From Escherichia coli (lineage in GTDB: Bacteria; Pseudomonadota; Gammaproteobacteria; Enterobacterales; Enterobacteriaceae), in assembly GCF_965641715.1 (NCBI RefSeq), contig NZ_OZ282453.1: a stretch of DNA of 64,000 nt; one strand, 5' to 3'. Position numbers and translations under genes: made by a program. Under the pieces are notes generated by a model, which saw only the letters and a program-made list of their open reading frames with translations, was not told the DNA's origin and did no database searches. This document shows, piece by piece, positions 1 to 8,749 of the stretch; position 1 is the stretch's first letter, and each line of letters begins with the position of its first letter.

Positions 1-1
1 C

Positions 2-115
2 TTTTGCCGAGAAGATGGCACGACTGACGGCGCAGCTGAAAGATCAGCTGGAAGAGAGCGCGAAGCTGGAAGCACAGATTAAGGCGAATCTGGGGGGGCT
101 GGGTTATGAGTTCTA
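2..115 (+). CDS. hsdM: Type I R-M methyltransferase subunit HsdM, C-terminal fragment (gene starts upstream of window)
   Basis: Open frame from window edge ending ...KLEAQIKANLGGLGYEF*, a typical HsdM C-terminus; stop overlaps the hsdS start (ATGAGTTCTAA). Confidence 0.7.
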
Positions 116-1461
116 AGTTTCGGAAAGTAAAACTATGTGAAATCCTCTCATTTAAGACAGGTAAACTCGACTCGAATGCAGCAGTAGATAATGGTTGTTA
201 TCCTTTTTTTACTTGCTCGCCAGTTACACTTTCGATTAATACGCATGCTTTTGACACTGAAGCAGTATTATTAGCTGGTAATAACGCAAATGGGGTATTT
301 TCAGTAAAATACCACAATGGTAAGTTTAATGCTTACCAAAGAACATATGTTATTACTCCTCTGGATAATTCAGCGGTCAATGTGAAATGGCTTTATTTTA
401 GAATAAAATATGTTACGTCAGAATTACAATCAATGTCAGTTGGCACTGCAACAAAATTCTTAACAAAAAAGATTTTGGATTCATTTGAGATTGAACTGCC
501 AACTTTTGAAGAGCAAACATATCAAGCTCAGATTTTATGGGCGTTACAGGATAAATTAGCTAATAATGAAGCTATAAACCAAACTCTCGAACAAATGGCG
601 CAAGCCCTGTTCAAAAGCTGGTTTGTCGATTTTGAACCGGTAAAAGCCAAAATGGCAGCGTTGGAAGCGGGCGGTTCGCAGGAAGACGCGACACGTGCCG
701 CCATGACGGCAATTTCCGGGAAAGATGCTGATGCGTTGGTGGTTTTTGCGCGTGAACATCCTGAGCAATATGCCGAGTTAAAAGCCACGGCAGAACTGTT
801 TCCGTCTGCGGTGCAGGAAAGTGAGTTGGGGGCGATTCCTAAAGGATGGGGGGTGGCGTCAATTAGTGAGATGGGGAAGATTACTTGTGGCAAAACTCCG
901 TCAAAAAAAGAACCAAAGTATTACGGTGGTGATGTTCCATTCATAAAGATACCAGATATGCATGGGCAACTCTTTGTGCTTAAAACTAATGAATATTTAA
1001 GCGAAGTCGGTTCAAAGTCGCAACTAAAAAAACTTGTGCCCGCTAACTCTATCTGTGTTAGTTGTATAGCTACTATTGGTGTTGTTTCTATCACCAATGA
1101 ACCATCTCATACCAATCAGCAAATAAATTCGGTTACACCTTATAAGAGTTCATTACTTTATTATCTTTATTTTTGTATATTGGGATTGAAAGATCATCTT
1201 CACGTTTTAGGTAGCGCAGGTAGTGCAACCTTAAATGTCAATACGTCTACTTTCTCAGGAATTAAAATCGCTCAGCCTGATGCTAAAGTATTGGAGTTAT
1301 TTCATGCCAAATGTACACAATTATTTAATGAGATTAAATCGCTCTGTGTACAAACTGAATCACTTGCACAACTACGAGACACCCTCCTCCCCAAACTCCT
1401 CTCCGGAGAAATTACGTTACCGGATGCCGAGGAAATAGCCAAGGAAGCTGACTATGTTTAA
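106..1461 (+). CDS. hsdS: Type I R-M specificity subunit HsdS
   Basis: 451 aa; two AT-rich variable target-recognition regions flank a conserved central block (LEQMAQALFKSWFVDFEP) and C-terminal block (LRDTLLPKLLSGEI); start coupled to the hsdM stop. Confidence 0.9.
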   Translation: MSSKFRKVKLCEILSFKTGKLDSNAAVDNGCYPFFTCSPVTLSINTHAFDTEAVLLAGNNANGVFSVKYHNGKFNAYQRTYVITPLDNSAVNVKWLYFRIKYVTSELQSMSVGTATKFLTKKILDSFEIELPTFEEQTYQAQILWALQDKLANNEAINQTLEQMAQALFKSWFVDFEPVKAKMAALEAGGSQEDATRAAMTAISGKDADALVVFAREHPEQYAELKATAELFPSAVQESELGAIPKGWGVASISEMGKITCGKTPSKKEPKYYGGDVPFIKIPDMHGQLFVLKTNEYLSEVGSKSQLKKLVPANSICVSCIATIGVVSITNEPSHTNQQINSVTPYKSSLLYYLYFCILGLKDHLHVLGSAGSATLNVNTSTFSGIKIAQPDAKVLELFHAKCTQLFNEIKSLCVQTESLAQLRDTLLPKLLSGEITLPDAEEIAKEADYV

Positions 1462-2647
1462 AGTCGATCAGCCCAGTAATAGCCTGCAACCGCTTCAGGA
1501 AACCACCTTCACTAACGCGGGTTTCACCGAGCGCTACCACTTACAGGAGTGGCTGGCAAAGCATCCGCAAGCATTGACTCGCAACAGCGATGACGAACTA
1601 CTTATCATCCAGAAAGAGTTTGCCGGGTTTGACGACACCAAAGAGCGGTTAGATCTGCTGGCGATCGACAAAGACGGCAATCTGGTGATCATCGAGAACA
1701 AGCTCGATGATTCCGGGCGTGATGTCGTATGGCAGGCGCTGAAGTACGCGGGCTACTGCGCGAATCTACGCAAAGAACATATTGTTGAGATCTTCCAGCG
1801 TTACCTCGATCAGAACGATCCAGAAGAAACACGCCCAGCCTCTGATGTGCTCGCAGAATTCCTCGAACATGAAAGCCTGGATGAAGTGCAAATTAACCAA
1901 AGCCGTTCCCAGCGTGTGATGATGGTTGCGGCAAATTTCCGCAAGGAAGTTACCAATACTGCGCTCTGGCTGATGCAGTTCAACATCCGTGTCCAATGCT
2001 TTAAGGTCACGCCTTACCGTTATGGAAATGATGTATTCATCGACATCCGCCAGGTTATTCCCACACCGGAAGCCGAATCCTACATGATCGGTATGGCGCA
2101 GAAGGAAGCAGAAGAACAATCAACCAGCGGTGAACTGAAACAGAGCCAACGCCTGCGCAAGGCGTTCTGGACGCAGATGCTGGAGAAATTTCATGCCAGC
2201 GACTGTACGCTGTATAACAACATCAGCCCGTCTATGGATCACTGGTTATGTGCAGGCTCTGGCATAAGTGGTATGCCTTATAGCCTAATATTCAGCAAGA
2301 AGGAAATCCGCGTAGAATTATGGATTTCGCGAGCATCGGCAGACATCAACACCATGGCGTTGAACTGGCTTGAACAACACCGCACATCTGTCGAAGAGGT
2401 ATTCGGCAACCCACTGGAGTGGCTATCGCTACCTGGTAAAAAAGCCTGCCGTATTCAATACCGCCAAAAAATAGATGGCTTCCAGCAGGAAAATTGGCCG
2501 CAAATGATCGACTGGCTGGTGGAACATATGACCCGTTTTGAGAATGCGCTTTCGCCGTATCTGCCACAGCTTAACCAGTTGATCAAGCAGACCTTTAACG
2601 GGCATGATGAAGCTGAAAATACAACAGAAGAAGCCGAACACGTATAA
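1454..2647 (+). CDS. Hypothetical protein embedded between hsdS and hsdR; N-terminal PD-(D/E)XK-like nuclease motif
   Basis: 397 aa; ATG overlaps the hsdS stop by 8 nt with an AAGGAAG RBS; motif ERLDLLAIDKDGNLVIIENK resembles the D...ExK core of Hjc/NucS/RecB-type nucleases; no P-loop. Confidence 0.6.
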   Translation: MFKVDQPSNSLQPLQETTFTNAGFTERYHLQEWLAKHPQALTRNSDDELLIIQKEFAGFDDTKERLDLLAIDKDGNLVIIENKLDDSGRDVVWQALKYAGYCANLRKEHIVEIFQRYLDQNDPEETRPASDVLAEFLEHESLDEVQINQSRSQRVMMVAANFRKEVTNTALWLMQFNIRVQCFKVTPYRYGNDVFIDIRQVIPTPEAESYMIGMAQKEAEEQSTSGELKQSQRLRKAFWTQMLEKFHASDCTLYNNISPSMDHWLCAGSGISGMPYSLIFSKKEIRVELWISRASADINTMALNWLEQHRTSVEEVFGNPLEWLSLPGKKACRIQYRQKIDGFQQENWPQMIDWLVEHMTRFENALSPYLPQLNQLIKQTFNGHDEAENTTEEAEHV

Positions 2648-2662
2648 CACAGGACGTTACCG

Positions 2663-5600
2663 ATGCTTACCGAAGACGACTTAGAACAGCTTTGCCAGGG
2701 CTGGTTTGCCGAACAAGGTTGGGAAATCCATCATGGGCCAGATATTGCCCCCGATGGCTGTAACCCGCAACGCGCCAGCTATCATGATGTATTCCTGACG
2801 CCCGTGTTGAACGCCTGCCTGCAAAAAATCAACCCGCACCTGCCCACTGACGTCTTCGAACAGGTCATCTCCCGTATTACTCGCGCTGAAAGCCCGGATC
2901 TGATTGCCAGTAACAAAGCCTTTCATCACTGGTTGCTGGAAGGGGTTCCGGTACAGTACCGTCGCGACGAAGAACTTATCCACGACCACGCCCTGCTGGT
3001 GGATTTTAGCCAGCCGCAAAACAACCGTTTTATGGTGGTCAATCAAATGACTATCAGCGGAACGAAACAGCCTCGCCGCCCGGATATCATCTGCTTTATT
3101 AACGGAATACCACTGGCGGTTGTGGAACTAAAAAGCCCTGTCGATGACAAGGTAGATATCTGGGATGCGTACCACCAGTTACAGACCTATAAAGATGAAA
3201 TACGCGACCTGTTTATCAGCAATGAAGCGTTGATTGTCAGTGATGGTTATCTGGCGCGTGTGGGGTCCCTGACCGCCACGGAAGAACGTTTTATGCCGTG
3301 GAAGACCATCAGCAATGAAAATGACAAGCCGTTGCTGGAATGGCAACTGGAAACTATGGTACGGGGTTTCTTCAACCGGGAATTGCTGCTCGACTATATC
3401 CGCTATTTCGTTCTGTTTGAAAATAACGATGAAAGGCTAATTAAGAAAATAGCTGGTTATCACCAGTTCCACGCGGTGCGTGAGGCCGTGCAGGCGACGA
3501 TCGTTGCTTCGACCGGTAAGCAACTGGTACTGCACAGTAATATTCAGCCAGGCAGTAAGAAAGCAGGCGTGGTCTGGCATACGCAGGGTTCCGGTAAAAG
3601 CATCTCCATGTGTTGCTATGTCGGCAAACTGTTGCAACAGCCGGAGATGGGCAACCCGACGATTGTTGTTGTGACCGATCGTAACGATCTGGACGGCCAG
3701 CTTTATGGTACATTCTGCCAGGCACAGGAGCTGCTCAAGCAAATGCCGGTACAGGCAGATGATCGTGAAACATTGCGTGATCTGCTTGCAACTCGCGATG
3801 CTGGCGGCATTATCTTTACCACCGTGCAGAAATTCTCCCCGGAAGAAGGGGAAAACGCCCATCCGATTCTCAATGGACGCAGCAATATCGTTGTTATTTC
3901 CGATGAAGCGCACCGCAGCCAGTACGGCATGAAAGCCAACCTGGATCGTAAAACCGGCGTCTATAAATACGGTTACGCTAAACATATGCGCGACGCGCTA
4001 CCTAACGCCTCGTTTCTGGGATTTACCGGTACACCGGTTTCGGCAGAGGATCGCGATACTCGCGCTGTATTTGGCGATTACGTCTCAATTTATGATATTC
4101 AGGACGCTGTGGACGATGGCGCAACGGTGCCTATTCACTATGAATCCCGGCTGGCAAAACTCGATCTCAATCATGAAGAGCTGGCGGCGCTGTCCGATCA
4201 GGTTGAAGAACTGATTGAGGACGATGAGCTGGATCAGAGAGAAAAAACCAAAGGTGAATGGAGCCGTCTGGAGAAACTAGTTGGTGCTAAACCACGTCTT
4301 CAGCAGATCGCTGCCGATCTGATTTCTCACTTTGAGAAGCGCAATACCGTAATGGACGGCAAGGCGATGATTGTCGCCATGAGCCGTGAAATCTGCGTCC
4401 ATCTTTACGATGAAATTATTGCGTTGCGTCCGGAGTGGCACGATGACGATCCTGAAAAAGGGCAAATCAAAATCGTGATGACCGGTACAGCATCTGATAA
4501 GGCAATGCTGCAACCGCATATCTACAACAAACGGACTAAAAAACGGCTGGAATCCCGCTTCAAGAATGTGAACGACCCGCTGAAGCTGGTGATAGTGCGT
4601 GATATGTGGCTGACCGGCTTTGATGCCCCATGCTGTCACACTATGTATATCGACAAACCGATGCGCGGCCATAACCTGATGCAGGCTATTGCCCGTGTCA
4701 ACCGGGTATTCAAAGACAAGCCCGGCGGGCTGGTGGTGGATTATATTGGTATCGCCAATGAGCTGAAACTGGCGCTGAAAACTTATACCGATGCAAACGG
4801 TAAAGGTGATGCGACCGTCAACGCTGAAGAAGCACTGGCAATCATGCTGGAAAAGCTGGACATCATCCACGGTATGTTTGCCAAAACGGCAACGTCAGCG
4901 GGTTTTGATTACACCGGCTTTGAAGCTCATGCGCAGAAGTTGCTAGTACCAGTTGCAAACTATGTGCTCGGCCTTGAAGACGGTAAGAAGCGTTTTCTCG
5001 ATAACGTACTGGCAATTACTAAAGCCTGGTCGCTTTGCTGTACGCTGGATGCGGCGCAGCCTTATAAACTAGAGATTGCTTTCTTGTCGGCGGTAAAAGC
5101 TGCTATCAGCAAATTCACCAGTGTGGACAAAAAAATAAGCCAGGCTGAGAAGAACTCCGCGCTGAAACAGATTCTGGATAATGCCGTAATTGCTAACGGC
5201 GTGGATGATATTTTCACGCTGGCTGGTCTGGATAAACCGAATATTGGCTTGCTTTCAGATGAATTCTTGCAGGAAGTCCGCGATATGCCATATCGAAATC
5301 TGGCGGTAGAGCTGCTGGAAAAACTGATTAATGACGGTATCCAGTCCCGTACAAAAAACAATGTAGTGCAGGAGAGGAAATATTCAGAACGTCTTCAGGC
5401 TGTATTGATTAAATACAACAACCGGGCTATTGAGACGGCGCAGGTGATTGAAGAGCTGATCCAGATGGCGAAGGATTTTCAGTCTGCAATGGCGCGTGAT
5501 GATGCGCTTGGCCTGAATCCTGACGAGATCGCTTTCTACGATGCACTGGCAGAAAACGAAAGCGCCGTCCGGGAGTTAGGAGATGAGGTACTTAAGAAAC

Positions 5601-5797
5601 TGGCGATAGAAGTGACGCTGAAGCTGCGCCAATCCACTACCGTTGACTGGCAGGTACGGGAAAGCGTTCGTGCAAGGCTGCGTATCCTGGTTCGCCAGAC
5701 TCTGCGTCGGTATAAGTATCCGCCAGATAAAACGCCGGGTGCGGTGGAGTTAATTTTGAAACAAGCGGAAGTTATTTCGAATCATTGGACGATGTGA
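2663..5797 (+). CDS. hsdR: Type I R-M restriction subunit HsdR
   Basis: 1044 aa; N-terminal nuclease motif ([18 protein letters not shown]), helicase motif I ([11 protein letters not shown]), DEAH box ([12 protein letters not shown]), motif III (GFTGTP). Confidence 0.92.
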   Translation: MLTEDDLEQLCQGWFAEQGWEIHHGPDIAPDGCNPQRASYHDVFLTPVLNACLQKINPHLPTDVFEQVISRITRAESPDLIASNKAFHHWLLEGVPVQYRRDEELIHDHALLVDFSQPQNNRFMVVNQMTISGTKQPRRPDIICFINGIPLAVVELKSPVDDKVDIWDAYHQLQTYKDEIRDLFISNEALIVSDGYLARVGSLTATEERFMPWKTISNENDKPLLEWQLETMVRGFFNRELLLDYIRYFVLFENNDERLIKKIAGYHQFHAVREAVQATIVASTGKQLVLHSNIQPGSKKAGVVWHTQGSGKSISMCCYVGKLLQQPEMGNPTIVVVTDRNDLDGQLYGTFCQAQELLKQMPVQADDRETLRDLLATRDAGGIIFTTVQKFSPEEGENAHPILNGRSNIVVISDEAHRSQYGMKANLDRKTGVYKYGYAKHMRDALPNASFLGFTGTPVSAEDRDTRAVFGDYVSIYDIQDAVDDGATVPIHYESRLAKLDLNHEELAALSDQVEELIEDDELDQREKTKGEWSRLEKLVGAKPRLQQIAADLISHFEKRNTVMDGKAMIVAMSREICVHLYDEIIALRPEWHDDDPEKGQIKIVMTGTASDKAMLQPHIYNKRTKKRLESRFKNVNDPLKLVIVRDMWLTGFDAPCCHTMYIDKPMRGHNLMQAIARVNRVFKDKPGGLVVDYIGIANELKLALKTYTDANGKGDATVNAEEALAIMLEKLDIIHGMFAKTATSAGFDYTGFEAHAQKLLVPVANYVLGLEDGKKRFLDNVLAITKAWSLCCTLDAAQPYKLEIAFLSAVKAAISKFTSVDKKISQAEKNSALKQILDNAVIANGVDDIFTLAGLDKPNIGLLSDEFLQEVRDMPYRNLAVELLEKLINDGIQSRTKNNVVQERKYSERLQAVLIKYNNRAIETAQVIEELIQMAKDFQSAMARDDALGLNPDEIAFYDALAENESAVRELGDEVLKKLAIEVTLKLRQSTTVDWQVRESVRARLRILVRQTLRRYKYPPDKTPGAVELILKQAEVISNHWTM

Positions 5798-5803
5798 ATT
5801 TTA

Positions 5804-5833
5804 GGCTGGCTGTATCAACTGCCAGCCATATTT
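5804..5833 (+). terminator. Hairpin downstream of hsdR (GGCTGGC-N10-GCCAGCC followed by ATATTT)
   Basis: Perfect 7-bp inverted repeat read directly from sequence, 7 nt after the hsdR stop; T-tract is weak. Confidence 0.45.
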
Positions 5834-5861
5834 AAATTATCATCAGTTAAAAGGCACAATT

Positions 5862-7604
5862 GTGAGTAAATATAGCGAAATACAACGTCAATTAGATGAA
5901 GTAAGCCCAATACCGAAAGGTATTCCTAAAGTATACCTTTTAGGGGACACTGGAGCAGGAAAGACGACTTTTATTCGAAAAATATTAGGAACTGAAAATA
6001 CCAAATTCCCTACCACCAGACAAAGTAGAACAACCGTTGCACCAACTGAGTATGTAATATGTAAATCATCCAATTATGAATTAACGATTCTGTTAAAATC
6101 TTTTGATGAGATTAATGGATATGTCAGAGAAATTCTAAAAGAAGCATTAGAGAAATCATTGAAAGGTGAAGATGTTAAAAGAAGCTTACGTCAAACAAAT
6201 GATCAGCGGTTTCGTTTATACTATCTTCTTGACGTCAGTGATATTGCAAATTTTGCTGAAGAAGTTATCTCTCTTACACCTCTTCTTTCCGAAAAAATTG
6301 ACGAATTAAAAGAAATTTTTACCGATGATATAACGGATCAAGATGAGTATATTAGTTTTGCTATTGATGAATTAAATGATAAAGTTGAATGTATCCAAAA
6401 TAAGATTATGGACTCCATTCAGAGTAATGTAATGTCCATTTGTAATGGAAGTATGTTAAGTAATGAATCACAGATATTTAAATACATTTCAACCGAAAAA
6501 GAAGACTTTATCAAAAAATGTAAAAAAATATTATCAAGTGATAAAGAGTCTATATCACCTGTTGTCGAGTATGCGAGACTGAGTGGAGAACTCAAATCAG
6601 AATGGGTGAATAGTTGTGCAGAAATAGTTATTATTGATGGTGAAGGTATTGGGCATAATACAAAAGAAACGGCACAACTAGACTCCAGGCATTATGATTT
6701 CTTTTATGATGTTAACTCAATCTTGCTTATCGAAGAGTCAAAAAAACCTTTTATTGCTGGGGGCAAAAATGCATTAAAAAGTATTTTTCAGCGTGGATAT
6801 GGTGATAAATTAAAACTAATCTTCACTAAGCTGGATGAAGTTATACCTTATGATTCAGACGAATCAACAGATGAAGATAGAATTGATTATGTAAAAGATG
6901 GTCTCAATAATGTTCTGGATGCATTAAAAAAAGAAGAGGTGAAGTGTAACATTGATATCGAGGATATTTATTTCATCGGAGATCTTGATAAACCTGAGCA
7001 TAACGCAAGACTTGAATTGGCTTTTAATTCCATATATGAAAACACAGTTTCCATGATAAATAATGATGAGGTTTTCATTGAGCCTAAGTATGACTTTGAG
7101 TTATTGGCCTTGCATATAAATTCTACTTCTAATGATTTTAAAACATACTATAGAAAATTATTAGATAGAGAACATTGGAAAACAATAGAAGCATTTAATC
7201 GACGGATGTATTCAAATATAGATGGGTTTAGGATGTTTATGCCTATTACCGATTTTGAGGAAACTGTGAGTAAATATATTGGTGGTTTTTTGACCTCGCC
7301 AATGGATTGGAAATATGAAGCGGTTGATAACTTGAAGCAAAAAAGTATTAATAAAATCAAGAGGGAATTCAACAAGCTTATTCTTAGCTTTATTCGCAAT
7401 AAGTTAATTATGGAACCATATGAAAAATGGAAAGAATCCTATTTCTTAGCTGGCACTGGTTCAACGATTAGTAGAAAACGTGAGATAACTACTATTTTTA
7501 GTGACACAATTATTGATGCCTCCCAAACTGAACGCTTTAAGGTGTTCAAGGATCAAATTAAAGAGATTGTTGTCAAGTCAATAGAGAACTGTAAGTCAAT
7601 ATAA
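5862..7604 (+). CDS. AT-rich P-loop NTPase of unknown function (GTPase-like or ABC-like)
   Basis: 580 aa, GTG start with AAAGG RBS; Walker A/G1 GDTGAGKTT (aa 28-36); far downstream VIIDGEG (DxxG or Walker B-like) and FTKLD ([N/T]KxD-like); LSGE ~15 aa before VIIDGEG could be an ABC signature; GC roughly one third by eye. Confidence 0.6.
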   Translation: MSKYSEIQRQLDEVSPIPKGIPKVYLLGDTGAGKTTFIRKILGTENTKFPTTRQSRTTVAPTEYVICKSSNYELTILLKSFDEINGYVREILKEALEKSLKGEDVKRSLRQTNDQRFRLYYLLDVSDIANFAEEVISLTPLLSEKIDELKEIFTDDITDQDEYISFAIDELNDKVECIQNKIMDSIQSNVMSICNGSMLSNESQIFKYISTEKEDFIKKCKKILSSDKESISPVVEYARLSGELKSEWVNSCAEIVIIDGEGIGHNTKETAQLDSRHYDFFYDVNSILLIEESKKPFIAGGKNALKSIFQRGYGDKLKLIFTKLDEVIPYDSDESTDEDRIDYVKDGLNNVLDALKKEEVKCNIDIEDIYFIGDLDKPEHNARLELAFNSIYENTVSMINNDEVFIEPKYDFELLALHINSTSNDFKTYYRKLLDREHWKTIEAFNRRMYSNIDGFRMFMPITDFEETVSKYIGGFLTSPMDWKYEAVDNLKQKSINKIKREFNKLILSFIRNKLIMEPYEKWKESYFLAGTGSTISRKREITTIFSDTIIDASQTERFKVFKDQIKEIVVKSIENCKSI

Positions 7605-7615
7605 TAAGATAGAAC

Positions 7616-7638
7616 AGTCCCGGATAATATTCGGGACT
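7616..7638 (+). other. Hairpin after NTPase gene (AGTCCCG-N9-CGGGACT)
   Basis: Perfect 7-bp stem 12 nt after the stop codon; no U-tract, so may be an RNA-stability or processing element rather than a terminator. Confidence 0.35.
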
Positions 7639-7706
7639 CATACACTTACAGATGGAGCTATGAATTTAGCAGTAAGAGTATTTGTGATTATTTAAGGAAA
7701 GTAACA

Positions 7707-8672
7707 ATGCCTTTAGATTTAAGTAACACTTTAGTTATTGGCATTAGCGCGACTGCGCTTTTTGACATGAGCGAATCCGACCATATGTTTCGGGAAACCT
7801 TTGCGACTGATCCTGATAGCGCCATTGAAAAATACCGCGCTTATATGCTAGAACACGAAAACCAACCTTTACAGCCCGGAACAGGCTACCCCTTAGTCAA
7901 AGCGTTGCTGGGTCTGAACCAGTACCGTCAACCGGATGATAAATCGCCGTTGGTTGAGGTTGTTGTGATGTCACGTAACAGCCCTGATACAGGTATCCGC
8001 GTTCTCAATACCATTCGCCATGACAAACTCGATATTACACGTTCAGCTTTTACCGCAGGCGAAACCGTTGCCGATTACCTTGATGCCTTTGATGTGGATC
8101 TGTTTTTAACGACCAACGTTGAAGATGCGCAAAAGGTGATTGATTCCCGATTCTGCGCCGCTGCAATCCTGAAAGATCCACCTTCTGACGCATCTGATAT
8201 CCCAGAAGGGCAAGTGCGCATTGCTTTTGATGGCGACGCGGTACTTTTTTCCGATCAAAGCGAACTGGTTTATAAGACCCAAGGAATGGCTGCCTTCCAT
8301 GCTCAGGAAGACGCGCAGCAGGATATCCCTATGGAAGAGGGGCCTTATGCCACTTTGCTAAAAAAAATAGCCAAGCTTCAGGAACGATTGCCGACCCGCG
8401 TTGAGTATTCTCCTGTTCGTATTGCGCTGGTGACAGCCCGAAATAGCCCTTCGGAAATGCGCGTTATTAAAACGCTAAGAAGCTGGGGGGTATATGTCGA
8501 TGAAGCTTTTTTTCTTGGCGGTGTAGAGAAAACAAAAGTTCTGAAGGCGTTTAGGCCACACATTTTCTTTGACGATCAGGATGTGCATTTGATCGCGGCT
8601 GCAAAGGTAGTACCTTCTGGTAAAGTACCTTATGCCAGTAACTCCGAACTTGCAGAACGTGAAGCATCGTGA
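7707..8672 (+). CDS. HAD-superfamily phosphatase, cytosolic 5'-nucleotidase-like
   Basis: 321 aa; RBS AAGGAAAG; C-terminal half carries HAD-like motifs I (IAFDGDAVLF), II (IALVTARN), a conserved Lys and IV (HIFFDDQDVH); N-terminal ~170 aa is a separate domain. Assignment is from motifs, not a search. Confidence 0.55.
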   Translation: MPLDLSNTLVIGISATALFDMSESDHMFRETFATDPDSAIEKYRAYMLEHENQPLQPGTGYPLVKALLGLNQYRQPDDKSPLVEVVVMSRNSPDTGIRVLNTIRHDKLDITRSAFTAGETVADYLDAFDVDLFLTTNVEDAQKVIDSRFCAAAILKDPPSDASDIPEGQVRIAFDGDAVLFSDQSELVYKTQGMAAFHAQEDAQQDIPMEEGPYATLLKKIAKLQERLPTRVEYSPVRIALVTARNSPSEMRVIKTLRSWGVYVDEAFFLGGVEKTKVLKAFRPHIFFDDQDVHLIAAAKVVPSGKVPYASNSELAEREAS

Positions 8673-8680
8673 TTATCGCT

Positions 8681-8715
8681 GACAAACCATTTAGTCATTA
8701 AGACTGAATGGTTTG
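8681..8715. other. Hairpin between convergent genes (ACAAACCATT-N15-AATGGTTTGT)
   Basis: Perfect 10-bp inverted repeat in the 77-bp gap between the nucleotidase-like gene and the HNH gene; possible bidirectional terminator. Confidence 0.4.
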
Positions 8716-8749
8716 TATGCCACTCGCAAAATATCTGCCCTACCTCAAA

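Noticed and set aside
1454-2647. Considered calling the hsdS-hsdR embedded ORF the anticodon nuclease PrrC (similar size and position)
   Set aside because: PrrC has an N-terminal ABC-type P-loop; this protein has no Walker A and instead shows a PD-(D/E)XK-like motif.
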